From: Candidatus Binatia bacterium
GTDB lineage: Bacteria > Desulfobacterota > Binatia > HRBIN30
Assembly: GCA_038245295.1 (NCBI GenBank)
Contig: JBBRSP010000018.1
Span: forward strand, 41,697-105,696
Length of the DNA stretch: 64,000 nucleotides
Direction: 5' to 3'
Shown here: positions 30,492 through 41,334 of the stretch, in pieces
How the letters are laid out: each line of letters begins with the position of its first letter
Numbering within the stretch: position 1 is the stretch's first letter
The notes under the pieces: model-generated
Seen by the model: the letters and a program-made list of their open reading frames with translations, nothing else
The model's database searches: none
What the model was told of the DNA's origin: nothing
Made by a program: the position numbers and the translations under genes

Positions 30492-30612
30492 CGGCGAAGC
30501 GGATAGAGTGCACTGTTGCGGAGGCTGCCTCGGCGGCGTAAGGCTGAATTGACTCCACAATCGATTTGGCAACAAAAAGCTCTCAAGTACGAATGTTAGC
30601 GAGGAGGGTGTC

Positions 30613-31911
30613 ATGAGATTTCAAAAGAGGTCGCGGATGTTCGGAGTACTCGCGGCCATCACATGTCTCGCCGTGACGAGCGGCAAGGCGAGGGCCGGCG
30701 ACGAGGACAAGCCCTGGACGCTGGATCAAAACAACTGGCAACAGGCGAAGGACCTTCTCCCCGAAGTCGTCCTGAACCGGGTAAAGAACGGCGACTATCA
30801 GTACAAAGTGGTCCCGGTCGACCCCGACAAGCTCAAGCAGAATTACTCGAAGCGGTTCTGGGAATCGAGCGAAGCGAACGCCGGAAAGTACGACGTTGAC
30901 GACGCCACCTGTGGTCTGAAGGACCTCAAGACCGGCAAGATGCCGGAGTTCTACTTTGGCTTCCCGTTCCCCAAGATTGATCCGAAGGAAAAGAACGCCG
31001 CGTGCAAAATGGCCTGGAACTTCCAAGCCGCGAACGGCATGGGGAATGGCCAGGGCGCAACGTTCACGCTGAACGGCATCGACTCGAGCGGTGAGTTCAA
31101 ACGCATCAAGCTGTTCCTGCACACCAACGTCTATCTCGGGCGTTCGGCCGGACCGCTCCCGAATCCTGAAAACCTGCGCGCCGCCAGTCTTTCGAACGTC
31201 CAGGAACCTCAGGACGTCGACGGCGTCGGTGGTCTGACCAAGGTCATCAACGATTGGACCTCGCAGGATCAGTCCTGGTTCTACGTCCCCGCCACCCGCC
31301 GTGTGCGTCGCGTCAACGCGGCCACACGCTCCGACCCGGTGGCCGGCCTCGACATCTTCGGCGACGACGTGAACTGCTACGCCGGCAAAGTCGAGTACTA
31401 CAAGTGGAAGCTGGTCGGCGAAGGCAAAGTCCTCGCTGGCGTGTTGAGCCCCGAGCCCTTCAAGCAGAAGAAAGTTTCGGAGTCGCGCTTCGAAGTCGAG
31501 ATCCCGTACTTCAAGGGAGCCTTCGAAACCCCGGGCGCCAAGGGCGCGCCGTGGCAGATCGTCGAGAACCTGGTGATGATCCCGCGTCCGGTGTGGATCC
31601 TCGAAGGTGAGTCGGAAGATCCGTACTACAACTTCGGTAAGGTCGTCATGTACATGGACAAGGACCTTTACCGCATCTGGTGGAAGCTGGTGCACAACCG
31701 CGCCGGAGAGTACTTCTACAACGCGATGTGCGGTTATCACTGGTCGAAGAACGACAATGGTGACACGTCGGTCACACCCAACATGGTGATCGGTGTCAAC
31801 GACAAGACCAACCGCGCCGCCCTCGGTGGTCGTTACAGCTCGCAGTTCCTCGAGAGCCACTACGACGAGACGTACTTCACGCTCAAGACGCTGACCACGA
31901 TGAACGACTAG
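30613..31911 (+). CDS. DUF1329 family periplasmic protein (LolA-like lipoprotein-sorting fold)
   Basis: GFPFP, EPQDVDG, WFYVPATRRVRR, DPYYN...YMDK; signal peptide; GAGGAGG RBS. Confidence 0.85.
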   Translation: MRFQKRSRMFGVLAAITCLAVTSGKARAGDEDKPWTLDQNNWQQAKDLLPEVVLNRVKNGDYQYKVVPVDPDKLKQNYSKRFWESSEANAGKYDVDDATCGLKDLKTGKMPEFYFGFPFPKIDPKEKNAACKMAWNFQAANGMGNGQGATFTLNGIDSSGEFKRIKLFLHTNVYLGRSAGPLPNPENLRAASLSNVQEPQDVDGVGGLTKVINDWTSQDQSWFYVPATRRVRRVNAATRSDPVAGLDIFGDDVNCYAGKVEYYKWKLVGEGKVLAGVLSPEPFKQKKVSESRFEVEIPYFKGAFETPGAKGAPWQIVENLVMIPRPVWILEGESEDPYYNFGKVVMYMDKDLYRIWWKLVHNRAGEYFYNAMCGYHWSKNDNGDTSVTPNMVIGVNDKTNRAALGGRYSSQFLESHYDETYFTLKTLTTMND

Positions 31912-31936
31912 TTCATTCGCCAGCCGACCGACAACG

Positions 31937-31978
31937 GAAACGGGGTGGGAGCCAAAGGCTCCCACCCCGTTTCTCTTT
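31937..31978 (+). terminator. Intrinsic terminator
   Basis: GAAACGGGGTGGGAGCC-AAA-GGCTCCCACCCCGTTTC followed by TCTTT. Confidence 0.85.
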
Positions 31979-31996
31979 CAGGATATTTTCGCGAAT

Positions 31997-32329
31997 CTAC
32001 TTGGTGATGGTTTGGCGCAGCCAATGCGCCACAAAACCCTCCGATTCACGGTGGGCAATCCTCTCCAACTCCCCCTTGTCGAGCCAAATGCCATGACCCT
32101 CAGGGCACTCGTCGATCGATACCTCGTTGATCTGCCCGCTACGCAGTCGCGCGCCACACTTCGGGCAGCGCATCATGGCTGCTTCACGCTCCGCCTGGTC
32201 CGGTGTCGTCCCGTGCGACTGCCGCATCTTTTCGATCAGTTTACGATCCTGCTCGGCAAAGTGCTGGTCCTCACGGGCGCGTTCAACATCGCGTAGCTTG
32301 TCACCCAACCGGTCCTTCTGATCCGTCAC
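31997..32329 (-). CDS. zf-TFIIB-type zinc-ribbon protein
   Basis: CPKCG...IDECPEGHGIWLDKGE; GTG start with GGAGAAAGGA upstream. Confidence 0.8.
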   Translation of the reverse strand: MTDQKDRLGDKLRDVERAREDQHFAEQDRKLIEKMRQSHGTTPDQAEREAAMMRCPKCGARLRSGQINEVSIDECPEGHGIWLDKGELERIAHRESEGFVAHWLRQTITK

Positions 32330-32558
32330 TCTCGCATTTTCCTTTCTCCGCCACTGCGGGGATCGCTTGCCAGCGGCTCTTGCGCTTGACCCACTCCAAA
32401 ACCCGCCGGGCCCACTCGCTCTCATTGCTGAGCAGCGTGAGACCGATCACCAGGAACAGGATTCCCTGCAGGAACGGCAGAAACAAGCCCAGTACGCCGA
32501 GGATCAGGCATACAACGCCGAGAACAACGCGCCCGGCGCGCAGAGCCCACTCACCCAT
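32301..32558 (-). CDS. Small membrane protein (PGPGW/DUF454-like)
   Basis: LGVLGLFLPFLQGILFLVIGLTLLS two-TM hairpin. Confidence 0.7.
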   Translation of the reverse strand: MGEWALRAGRVVLGVVCLILGVLGLFLPFLQGILFLVIGLTLLSNESEWARRVLEWVKRKSRWQAIPAVAEKGKCESDGSEGPVG

Positions 32559-32796
32559 CGACGTCCTCGAACCCGAAGTGTGTTGTCATGAATCTCCAAA
32601 AAACTGAACTTCAAACCTATTGCCCGCACTCCACGTTGTCAACGAATGGCGACGATCATCAGGCACGACGCCGCCAATTGTCGCCGGTGCCCTGCGGGCT
32701 GCGTGCGAACCGCGACCGATGATTCCAACGAAAGAAACTGCTGATAACTTGCCTCCGCAGTCTTCGTGATTACTTTTGCGGCCGAGCGGAGGTTCA

Positions 32797-35415
32797 ATGG
32801 ACATCAATCGGTTCACCGAAAAGTCTCAGGAGGCTCTGCGTCAAGCGCAGTCTCTGGCGGCACGGCGCGGTCATCAAGGTGTTGATGTCGACCACCTGAT
32901 CGCCGCGCTACTCGAGCCGGCTGACGGCTTGGCGGCAGCGATCCTGCAGAATGCCGGCGTGCGCGTCGGAGAACTGAAGGATCGCATTAAGAAGGAGCTC
33001 GACCGATTGCCGCAGGTGTCGGGCCCCGGCCACTCGCCAGAACAGATTTTCATCACGCCCAGGTTGAGCCGCATCCTCACTCGCGCTGAGGACGAGGCCA
33101 AGACACTCAAAGACGATTACGTCAGCATCGAGCACCTGCTCTTGGCGGCTCTCGAAGACCGACAGATGGCTCGCCTCTTCGGCGAGGTCGGCGTCTCGCG
33201 CGACTCATTGATGAGCGCTCTGCAAAAGATCCGCGGTTCGCAGCGGGTCACCAGCACCAACCCCGAAGGGACCTATCAGTCTCTCGAAAAATATGGTCGT
33301 GATCTGACCAAAGCCGCCGCCCAGGGTAAGCTCGATCCGGTGATCGGCCGCGATGAGGAAATTCGCCGCGTCATCCAGGTTTTGTCGCGCCGCACGAAGA
33401 ACAATCCCGTCTTGATTGGTGAGCCCGGTGTGGGCAAGACCGCCATCGTTGAAGGCCTGGCGCAGCGCATCATTCGCCAGGATGTTCCCGACGGATTGAA
33501 GAATCGCCGCGTCATCACTCTCGATATGGGCGCGTTGATCGCCGGCGCGAAGTTTCGTGGCGAGTTTGAGGAACGCCTCAAGTCCGTGCTCAAGGAAGTC
33601 CAAGACTCCGAAGGCGAGGTCATCCTGTTCATCGACGAGTTGCACACCGTCGTTGGTGCCGGCGCCGCCGAGGGAGCGATGGATGCCGGCAACCTGCTGA
33701 AGCCGATGTTGGCGCGCGGCGAGCTCCACTGTATCGGCGCCACCACTCTCGACGAGTACCGTAAGTACGTCGAGAAGGATGCCGCCCTGGAGCGGCGCTT
33801 CCAACCCGTCACCGTCGATCAGCCGTCGGTGGAAGACACCATCTCAATCCTGCGCGGCTTGCGCCAACGCTACGAAGTGCACCACGGTGTCCGGATCAAA
33901 GACGCGGCGTTGGTCACAGCTGCGGTTCTGTCGCAGCGCTATATCGCCGACCGCTTCCTGCCCGACAAAGCCATCGACCTTGTCGACGAAGCCGCCGCGA
34001 AGTTGCGCACCGAAATCGATTCCATGCCCAGTGAGCTCGACGAGGTTGCACGGCGCGTCATGCAGTTGGAAATCGAGCGCGAAGCCCTCAAGAAGGAAAC
34101 CGACAAGGCCTCGCGGGCCCGCCTCGAGAAGCTCGAAAAGGAGCTCTCGGATCTACGATCCGAGTCGGATGCGCTGCGGGCTCGGTGGGACAGTGAGAAG
34201 GCCGCGATCGGCAAACTCCGCGACCTGCGCAAACGGATCGAGGAAACCAACGTCGAGATCGACAAGGCCGAACGTCAATACGATCTGAATCGCGTCGCCG
34301 AGCTGAAGTATGGGACGCTGGCGCAGCTGCAGAAGGACCTGGCTGCGGAAGAAGCCCGCTTGACGGCGGGTAGTGGCGCGCCGCGGCTGATGAAGGAAGA
34401 AGTCGACGAGGAAGACATCGCCGACGTCGTCTCTCGCTGGACCGGCGTGCCCGTCAGCAAGTTGATGGAAGGCGAGGGCCAGAAGTTGTTGCGCCTCGAG
34501 GACCATCTCCACAAACGCGTCATCGGTCAGGACGAGGCCGTCGCCGCCGTCTCCGACGCGGTGATCCGCGCCCGCGCCGGCATTAAGGATCCGAATCGAC
34601 CGATCGGATCGTTCATCTTCCTTGGCCCGACCGGTGTCGGCAAGACCGAGCTGGCGCGCGCCTTGGCCGAGTTCCTCTTCGATGACGAAGCCGCGATGAT
34701 TCGCATCGACATGTCCGAGTACATGGAGAAACACGCCGTCTCCCGTTTGGTCGGCGCACCTCCTGGCTACGTCGGCTACGAAGAAGGCGGCCAACTTACG
34801 GAAGCAGTACGACGCCGCCCCTACTCCGTGCTGCTGTTCGATGAGATCGAGAAGGCACACCAAGACGTCTTCAACACCATGTTGCAGATCCTCGATGACG
34901 GGCGCCTTACCGATGGCCAGGGACGCACGGTCGACTTCAAGAACACCGTGGTGATCATGACGTCGAACATCGGTAGCGAACTCATCCTCGGCTATCGCGG
35001 CGGTGACGACGAGAGTGCCTACGATCAAATGAAGGGGGATGTCCTCCAGGCCCTGCGCGGTCACTTCCGCCCTGAGTTCCTCAATCGTGTCGACGAGATC
35101 GTCGTCTTCCACGGTTTGTCGCGAGAGCAGTTGAAGAGCATCATTTTGATCCAGCTGGATCGACTGCGGGCACGGCTTGCCGATCGAAAGATCGAACTGG
35201 TGCTATCTGACGCGGCCCTCGAGTACTTCGCGCGACGCGGCTACGACCCGATCTACGGGGCGCGACCGATCAAGCGACTGCTGCAGAAGGAGTTGGAGAC
35301 GCGCCTGAGCCGCAAGCTGCTGGCCGGAGAGATTGTCGATAATTCACGAGTGCGGGTCGATATGGCTGGTGAGGAGCTCGTCCTCACCAGCGAGGCGCTC
35401 GCCGAAGCCGCCTAA
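32797..35415 (+). CDS. clpB: ATP-dependent chaperone ClpB
   Basis: Two AAA+ modules ([16 protein letters not shown]) and the long middle coiled coil ([16 protein letters not shown]). Confidence 0.97.
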   Translation: MDINRFTEKSQEALRQAQSLAARRGHQGVDVDHLIAALLEPADGLAAAILQNAGVRVGELKDRIKKELDRLPQVSGPGHSPEQIFITPRLSRILTRAEDEAKTLKDDYVSIEHLLLAALEDRQMARLFGEVGVSRDSLMSALQKIRGSQRVTSTNPEGTYQSLEKYGRDLTKAAAQGKLDPVIGRDEEIRRVIQVLSRRTKNNPVLIGEPGVGKTAIVEGLAQRIIRQDVPDGLKNRRVITLDMGALIAGAKFRGEFEERLKSVLKEVQDSEGEVILFIDELHTVVGAGAAEGAMDAGNLLKPMLARGELHCIGATTLDEYRKYVEKDAALERRFQPVTVDQPSVEDTISILRGLRQRYEVHHGVRIKDAALVTAAVLSQRYIADRFLPDKAIDLVDEAAAKLRTEIDSMPSELDEVARRVMQLEIEREALKKETDKASRARLEKLEKELSDLRSESDALRARWDSEKAAIGKLRDLRKRIEETNVEIDKAERQYDLNRVAELKYGTLAQLQKDLAAEEARLTAGSGAPRLMKEEVDEEDIADVVSRWTGVPVSKLMEGEGQKLLRLEDHLHKRVIGQDEAVAAVSDAVIRARAGIKDPNRPIGSFIFLGPTGVGKTELARALAEFLFDDEAAMIRIDMSEYMEKHAVSRLVGAPPGYVGYEEGGQLTEAVRRRPYSVLLFDEIEKAHQDVFNTMLQILDDGRLTDGQGRTVDFKNTVVIMTSNIGSELILGYRGGDDESAYDQMKGDVLQALRGHFRPEFLNRVDEIVVFHGLSREQLKSIILIQLDRLRARLADRKIELVLSDAALEYFARRGYDPIYGARPIKRLLQKELETRLSRKLLAGEIVDNSRVRVDMAGEELVLTSEALAEAA

Positions 35416-35490
35416 CGATAAGTATCCGGATCGGCGCTCAAGACGCCGCCGAACGAGCAGACCATCCTCTCGTTCGGCGGCGTCGTCGTT

Positions 35491-36318
35491 TCAAACTCCG
35501 CGCGGCAAAACCGCCAGGCCAATCTTGGCCATGGTCGGGACGAAGCTCGGACGCAACAGGCTCGTGTCGTACAGTCCAAGCCGGCGCTCGTTTTCCGCCA
35601 GGCACGTTTGCAAGAATGACCGCAAAGAGAACTCGCCAAACGACGCATGGCTGTTCATGGCAAAATTGTCCTGCTCGCTGCCACCCAGGTCGAACGCGGT
35701 ACGAATGCGGCTGAAGATCTGCAGCGACACCGCGAGAGCGCGTTGAAAATCGAGCCAGGGGCGCGACGCAAACGCAAGATTGGTGCGCTTGTAGGCCATC
35801 CAGTTGACGAAGAACATCACGTGACGCGCTTCTTCTTGCATGATCGGGTCGAAGAGTTTCACCAGGGGCTCCGGGAAGAATCCCGAGTCCTTGGCAAACT
35901 TGAACAAGCCGAACGCGAAGAACGCATCGAAGCACTCACCATACTCCGTGCGCGTGAATTCCCACACCGGTCGCCGCGCCTCGGGCTCTGGAGGCCGGCG
36001 CTCCACAGGGATTCCGTAGGCGGCGGTTAGACGATCCAGCAAGGCGGCGTGGCGCCCTTCTTCAAACCCCTGCAACGCAATAGCCTCCGACATCAACGGG
36101 TCGGCCTCGATGTGGGCCATGCGTTGCACCTTGGCCGCAGTTTCACGCTCGGTGTTGACCGCCTCGTCCCAGATCGGCAGCCCCTTCAGTCTCAGCAAAC
36201 TATCCGGATCGAGCTCGGGGAAAGACAACTCGTCGGCGGAGTAACGCTCATGGGTCGCGATGAACTCACGACAGAAACGCTCTTTGAACGCTTCGGTGCG
36301 CCTAGCAACACGGCTCAT
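35491..36318 (-). CDS. Ferritin-like di-iron domain protein
   Basis: Two ExxH motifs (EEGRH, EEARH) with upstream Glu helices. Confidence 0.8.
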   Translation of the reverse strand: MSRVARRTEAFKERFCREFIATHERYSADELSFPELDPDSLLRLKGLPIWDEAVNTERETAAKVQRMAHIEADPLMSEAIALQGFEEGRHAALLDRLTAAYGIPVERRPPEPEARRPVWEFTRTEYGECFDAFFAFGLFKFAKDSGFFPEPLVKLFDPIMQEEARHVMFFVNWMAYKRTNLAFASRPWLDFQRALAVSLQIFSRIRTAFDLGGSEQDNFAMNSHASFGEFSLRSFLQTCLAENERRLGLYDTSLLRPSFVPTMAKIGLAVLPRGV

Positions 36319-36447
36319 CGATGGATCTCCTTAACCAAAGTTTGCGGTCTCGACGGCGCCGTTTAACAGTATTCACCGAGGCGCGGAAGGTCACGGCAGC
36401 GACGGCGACCAAGACGCTACCGAGACGCGACGACGACTCGGAATTTT

Positions 36448-36507
36448 CTTGACCGTCTATGGAGCGACGTGTACCCTCCCTTCTGCGATGACCTCATCGC
36501 AGAAGGG
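36448..36507 (+). promoter_or_regulatory. Putative promoter plus perfect 14-bp inverted repeat upstream of prkA operon
   Basis: TTGACC(36449)-N17-TACCCT(36472); CCCTTCTGCGATGA-CC-TCATCGCAGAAGGG 36478-36507. Confidence 0.6.
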
Positions 36508-36733
36508 AATGCAGTGAAGGAGATTTCTCTCCCAGCGCGACCCGACTTGTTCCCCCACTTCTGTCGCACCTCTTCGCTGTCTGTTCCCAGGCTCTCAGAT
36601 CCCGCATCCACCGACCGCTCCTCTCGGATGCCATGGCGCACGCCTCAGGCGCGTGCCGTCACCTCAAAATCGTCCTTACGCGGTGTTGTGGTTGGAACAA
36701 ACGGGCGGATGGGAAACCGCCAAGGAGCAAATC

Positions 36734-38671
36734 ATGCACGCAGACAAGGTGGAGTTCGAACGCCTCATCCAAGAGGACCGTGCGGCACGTAGCTCGCGCG
36801 AATGGCGCGGAACCTTCTTGGACTATCTGGAGACGGTAAAGGAAGATCCCCACATCACAAAGCTGGCGCACGCCCGCCTCTTCGAAGCAATCTTCGCCCC
36901 TGGCCAACACGACATCGCCAACACCGACGACCCTAAAGTCGCTCGGCTCTTCAAAGACGAACCCATCAAGGTCTACGACTTCTTCGCCGACTCCTTCTTT
37001 GGAATCGAACGCGTCACGGCGCAGATCGCCCGCTACTTTCATTCCGCAGCACTCAAGGGCGAAGAGAGCCGTCAGGTGCTCTACCTCATGGGCCCGGTCG
37101 GCTCTGGCAAGAGCTCTCTCGTCGAACGGTTGCAGCGTGGTCTCGAATCGTGCTCCCCGATTTACGCAATCGACGGCTGCCCGATGTTCGAGGAGCCGCT
37201 GCACCTATTGCCACGTCACCTGCGACGCGAGTTCGAAAAGATGCTGGGCGTCCACATCGAAGGTGACCTCTGTCCGGTATGCCGGTACCGGTTGAAGGAC
37301 GAATTTCAGGGCAAGTACGAAGACGTGCCGGTTTTGACGCGCTCGTTTTCCAAACGGAACCGCGTCGGTATCGGCGTCGTCCCACCCGTCGATCCCAACA
37401 ACCAGGACACCTCGGTGCTCATCGGCAGCGAGGACATATCGAAGCTCGATGTCTACTCAGAAGGTGATCCGCGGGTGCTCGAACTCAACGGCGCGCTCAA
37501 TGTCGGCAACCGTGGCATGGTCGAGTTCATCGAGGTCTTCAAGAACGAGACCGAGTATCTTCACGCCATGATCACGGCGACGCAAGAAAAAGTCATCCCC
37601 GCCCCCGGTCGCCACGGCATGGTATACGTCGACACGGTCATCGTCGCCCATTCCAACGAAGCGGAATGGCAGAAGTTCAAAGCCGATCACACCAACGAAG
37701 CCATCCTCGATCGCATCGTCGTTGTGAAGGTGCCGTACAACCTACGGCTCAACGAGGAAGTCAAAATCTACCAGAAGATCATCCGCCACTCCGACTTCCA
37801 CGCTCACGTCGCGCCGCACACGCTGGAAGTCGCCGCCATGTTTGCCGTGTTGTCGCGACTCGAGGCCAGCCCCAAGTGTGATCTGCTGACCAAACTCAAG
37901 CTCTACAACGGCGAAGAAGTCGTCGAGAAAGGGCGAACGAAGAAGGTCGACGTACGCGAGTTACGCGAGGACACCAAACGCGAAGGCATGAACGGCATCT
38001 CCACCCGATTCATCATGAAGGCGCTCGACAACGCTCTCTCCGACAACGTCGCCGGCAACTGCATCAATCCAATCAGTGTGCGCGAAGCACTGGTGCAAAT
38101 GGTGAAGGATTCTGAACTGCCGGACGACACGCGCAAGCAGTACCTCGAGTTCCTGCAAGACACCCTGCACAAAGAGTATCTCGAGCTGCTCGAACGCGAG
38201 ATCACCAAGGCCTTTGTCTATTCGTACCAGGAACAGGCGGAGTCCCTCTTCCAGAACTACCTCGACCACGCCGAAGCCTACGTGAATCGCACCAAGGTAA
38301 AAGACCGCAACACCAAGGAGGAGCTGCACGCCGACGAGGCGTTTTTGAAGTCGATCGAGGAGCAGATCGCCGTGGTCGGCTCTACGGCCGACGGCTTCCG
38401 CCAAGAGGTAATCGCCTATCTCTGGTCGGCCAGCCGCCGCGGCGAGCGTGTCTCCTTCCGCAGCTACGAGCCACTCAAGGAGGCAATTGAGAAGAAGCTC
38501 ATGACCTCCGTGCGTGACATCAGTCGCATCATCACCAAGGCACGCACGCGCGACGAGGAGCAGTCGGGCAAGTACGATGCGATGGTGTCCAATCTGATCG
38601 ACAACGGCTACTGCCCGAGCTGCGTCGATGTTGTGCTGAAATACGCCTCCAATAACCTGTGGAAGGATTGA
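36734..38671 (+). CDS. prkA: PrkA/YeaG family AAA+ serine kinase
   Basis: GPVGSGKS, GCPMFEEPL, NRGMVEFIE.FK, HSNE.E, EGMNGISTR; AAGGAG RBS. Confidence 0.95.
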   Translation: MHADKVEFERLIQEDRAARSSREWRGTFLDYLETVKEDPHITKLAHARLFEAIFAPGQHDIANTDDPKVARLFKDEPIKVYDFFADSFFGIERVTAQIARYFHSAALKGEESRQVLYLMGPVGSGKSSLVERLQRGLESCSPIYAIDGCPMFEEPLHLLPRHLRREFEKMLGVHIEGDLCPVCRYRLKDEFQGKYEDVPVLTRSFSKRNRVGIGVVPPVDPNNQDTSVLIGSEDISKLDVYSEGDPRVLELNGALNVGNRGMVEFIEVFKNETEYLHAMITATQEKVIPAPGRHGMVYVDTVIVAHSNEAEWQKFKADHTNEAILDRIVVVKVPYNLRLNEEVKIYQKIIRHSDFHAHVAPHTLEVAAMFAVLSRLEASPKCDLLTKLKLYNGEEVVEKGRTKKVDVRELREDTKREGMNGISTRFIMKALDNALSDNVAGNCINPISVREALVQMVKDSELPDDTRKQYLEFLQDTLHKEYLELLEREITKAFVYSYQEQAESLFQNYLDHAEAYVNRTKVKDRNTKEELHADEAFLKSIEEQIAVVGSTADGFRQEVIAYLWSASRRGERVSFRSYEPLKEAIEKKLMTSVRDISRIITKARTRDEEQSGKYDAMVSNLIDNGYCPSCVDVVLKYASNNLWKD

Positions 38672-38699
38672 GCCGAGAACAACCGGGCGGGGCGGCCTG

Positions 38700-39896
38700 A
38701 TGGCGATTCCGGAATCGATCTTCCGACCGTTCAATCCTGCCGACGCGGAACGTAGCGATCGCGCTGCCGGCGACCGGCAACGGCATCGGCAGAAACTTCG
38801 CCAGTCGCTGCGCGACAATATCGCCGACATCATCTCGGAGGAGTCGATCATCGGCAAAGACGGCGATCGTGTCGTCAAGGTGCCTATCCGCGGCATCAAG
38901 GAGTACCGTTTTGTTTTCGGCGATAACAGCGGCGGCGTGGGCCAGGGCGACGGCAATACCCAGCCTGGCCAGGTTGTCGGGAAGTCGTCGGGAGACAAAC
39001 AAGCCGCCGGCGATGAAGCCGGCAATCAACCCGGCGTCGATTACTACGAGACGGAGGTAACCCTCGACGAGTTGGTCGAGATCATGTTCGAGGACCTCGA
39101 GCTGCCCGACCTCGAGCGCAAGAAGATGCGCGAGATCGCTGCCCCGCGCACGAGCCGCCGGAAAGGATACCGCAGCGCCGGCTTACGAATCAGACTCGAC
39201 AAGCGCCGCACCGTCCGCGCCAAGGTAAAACGCGAACTGGCGACGAAGCACACATCGGCAAGCCTCGAATCGGTAGGCACGGCGGAGCGCTTTCCGTTTC
39301 ATCAGAACGATCTGACGTATCGTCATATGGTTCCGGACATTCGAGAGGAATCAAACGCCGCGGTGTTTTGCATGATGGATACCTCGGGTTCGATGGACTC
39401 GACCAAGAAATACCTGGCACGCAGCTTCTTCTTCCTGCTCTATCAGTTCATCCGGACGCGCTATCGCAACGTCGAGCTTGTCTTCCTGGCGCATCACACC
39501 GAAGCGCGCGAGGTCAGCGAAGAGGAGTTCTTTCACAAAGGCGAATCGGGTGGAACGTTTCTTTCATCGGCCTACGCGAAGGCGCTCGAAATCATCGACG
39601 CTCGTTACCATCCGTCGCTGTGGAACATCTACGCGTTCCATTGCTCCGACGGCGACAATTTCGACTCCGATACGCCGACGGCTCTGAAGTTGGCGGCGCA
39701 ACTTTGCGACGTGTGCAACCTCGTCGGGTTCGGTGAGATCAAGCCGCTTGGATCGCGCTACTACGAGAGCTCCATGCTTGAGACGTTCCGACAACTGGAG
39801 TGCGACAATTTCCAAACCGTGCTGATCGAACGCAAGGAAGACGTCTGGTCGAGCTTCAAGGCACTGCTCGCCAAGGATCGCATTCAGGAGTCATAG
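38700..39896 (+). CDS. yeaH: YeaH/YhbH family (DUF444) vWA-like protein
   Basis: DRQRHRQK, FEDLELP, MDTSGSM, GESGGT, SDGDN. Confidence 0.93.
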   Translation: MAIPESIFRPFNPADAERSDRAAGDRQRHRQKLRQSLRDNIADIISEESIIGKDGDRVVKVPIRGIKEYRFVFGDNSGGVGQGDGNTQPGQVVGKSSGDKQAAGDEAGNQPGVDYYETEVTLDELVEIMFEDLELPDLERKKMREIAAPRTSRRKGYRSAGLRIRLDKRRTVRAKVKRELATKHTSASLESVGTAERFPFHQNDLTYRHMVPDIREESNAAVFCMMDTSGSMDSTKKYLARSFFFLLYQFIRTRYRNVELVFLAHHTEAREVSEEEFFHKGESGGTFLSSAYAKALEIIDARYHPSLWNIYAFHCSDGDNFDSDTPTALKLAAQLCDVCNLVGFGEIKPLGSRYYESSMLETFRQLECDNFQTVLIERKEDVWSSFKALLAKDRIQES

Positions 39897-39900
39897 GCCC

Positions 39901-41301
39901 ATGTCTGGCTACGAAGTGTCGGAACTGCAGGACTGGGATGCGCGCATCCGCGAGAAGGCCGCGGCCTTCGGGCTCGACTGCCACGCCCAGGAGTTCGAAA
40001 TCTGCGACCACAATCAGATGCTCGGGTACATGGCGTACTCGGGTATGCCGTCACACTACCCGCACTGGTCCTACGGCAAGGCTTACGAAAAGCTCAAGAC
40101 ACTGTACGACCACGGTGTCTCGGGCCTGCCCTACGAAATGGTGATCAACACCAACCCGTCTCTCGCCTACTTGATGCGTGACAACACTCTGCTGCTGCAG
40201 ATCCTCACAATGGCTCACGTGTATGGCCATAATGATTTCTTCAAGAATAATTTCACGTTCCGCAGCACTCGGCCCGAGTTTACGATCGGTACGATGAAAT
40301 CACACGGGCAGCGCGTGCGTTCGTACGTTGAATCACCGAGCATCGGCGTCGACCGCGTCGAAGCTGTTCTCGATGCCGCCCATGCCTTGTCTCTCCAGTG
40401 CCGTCGCAACCTGGCGATCCGTAAACCGAGCCCGGCGGAGGCACGACAGCGGGCCCTCGATGTCGCCAGCCCGGCGCATGACCCGTGGGCACACCTGCAT
40501 CAGCGCACCAAATCCACCGACGTCGACCTCAACAAATTCCCCTTGGAGCCTGACGAGGATCTGCTTCTGTTCATCCGCGATCATAGCCCGCAGCTTCAAG
40601 ACTGGGAGAAGGATCTGCTGACCATCGTGCACGAAGGGGCACAGTACTTCATTCCACAAATCGAAACCAAGATCATGAATGAAGGCTGGGCGACCTTCTG
40701 GCACAAGAAGGTCGTCGAGAGTCTCGAACTGCCTCCCTCGCTGCACCTGGAGTTCATCGTACGACACACGCAGGTAGTGCGGCCAACACCGGGTGGGCTC
40801 AACCCGTATCACCTCGGCCTTGCGGTGTGGCAAGATCTCGATGAACGGCTCGGAAGCGAGGCGTTATTCGAAGCGCGGGAGGTGGACCGCGACGTTTCGT
40901 TCCTGCGGCGTTTCCTCAGCGCCGACCTGATTCGTAAGCTCGATCTGTTCGAGTACCAACCGGAGGGCCGTGAAATGGTCGTGAGCCACGTCGGCGACGA
41001 TGCCGGCTGGCAATCGGTCAAAGAGGCTCTGCTGCGCAACGTCGGGATGAGTGGTGTACCCGTCATCAAGGTAAGCGATGCCGATTTTGGCCAGAATCGC
41101 ACTCTCTATCTCGTGCACAGCCACGACGGCCGCGATCTGCACCTGCAAACGGCGGAGAAAACCCTGGCCTACGCGCACCGACTGTGGCGCCGCGAAGTGG
41201 TTCTCGAAACCGTTCTCGCGCAAAAGCGGGTCCTCCTGAGTTACGGCGAACGTGGCTTTGCCACCAAACAAGTAAAACCTTCGACCGGCGCCGCCGCGTA
41301 G
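39901..41301 (+). CDS. spoVR: SpoVR family protein
   Basis: YPHWSYGK, YEMVIN, AHVYGHNDFFKNN, ETKIMNEGWA, NPYHLG. Confidence 0.95.
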   Translation: MSGYEVSELQDWDARIREKAAAFGLDCHAQEFEICDHNQMLGYMAYSGMPSHYPHWSYGKAYEKLKTLYDHGVSGLPYEMVINTNPSLAYLMRDNTLLLQILTMAHVYGHNDFFKNNFTFRSTRPEFTIGTMKSHGQRVRSYVESPSIGVDRVEAVLDAAHALSLQCRRNLAIRKPSPAEARQRALDVASPAHDPWAHLHQRTKSTDVDLNKFPLEPDEDLLLFIRDHSPQLQDWEKDLLTIVHEGAQYFIPQIETKIMNEGWATFWHKKVVESLELPPSLHLEFIVRHTQVVRPTPGGLNPYHLGLAVWQDLDERLGSEALFEAREVDRDVSFLRRFLSADLIRKLDLFEYQPEGREMVVSHVGDDAGWQSVKEALLRNVGMSGVPVIKVSDADFGQNRTLYLVHSHDGRDLHLQTAEKTLAYAHRLWRREVVLETVLAQKRVLLSYGERGFATKQVKPSTGAAA

Positions 41302-41334
41302 GCATCGAGCCCGCGCTAGGCTAAGAGCCAGACT

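Noticed and set aside
32560..32796. CIRCE operator upstream of clpB
   Set aside because: No TTAGCACTC-N9-GAGTGCTAA match
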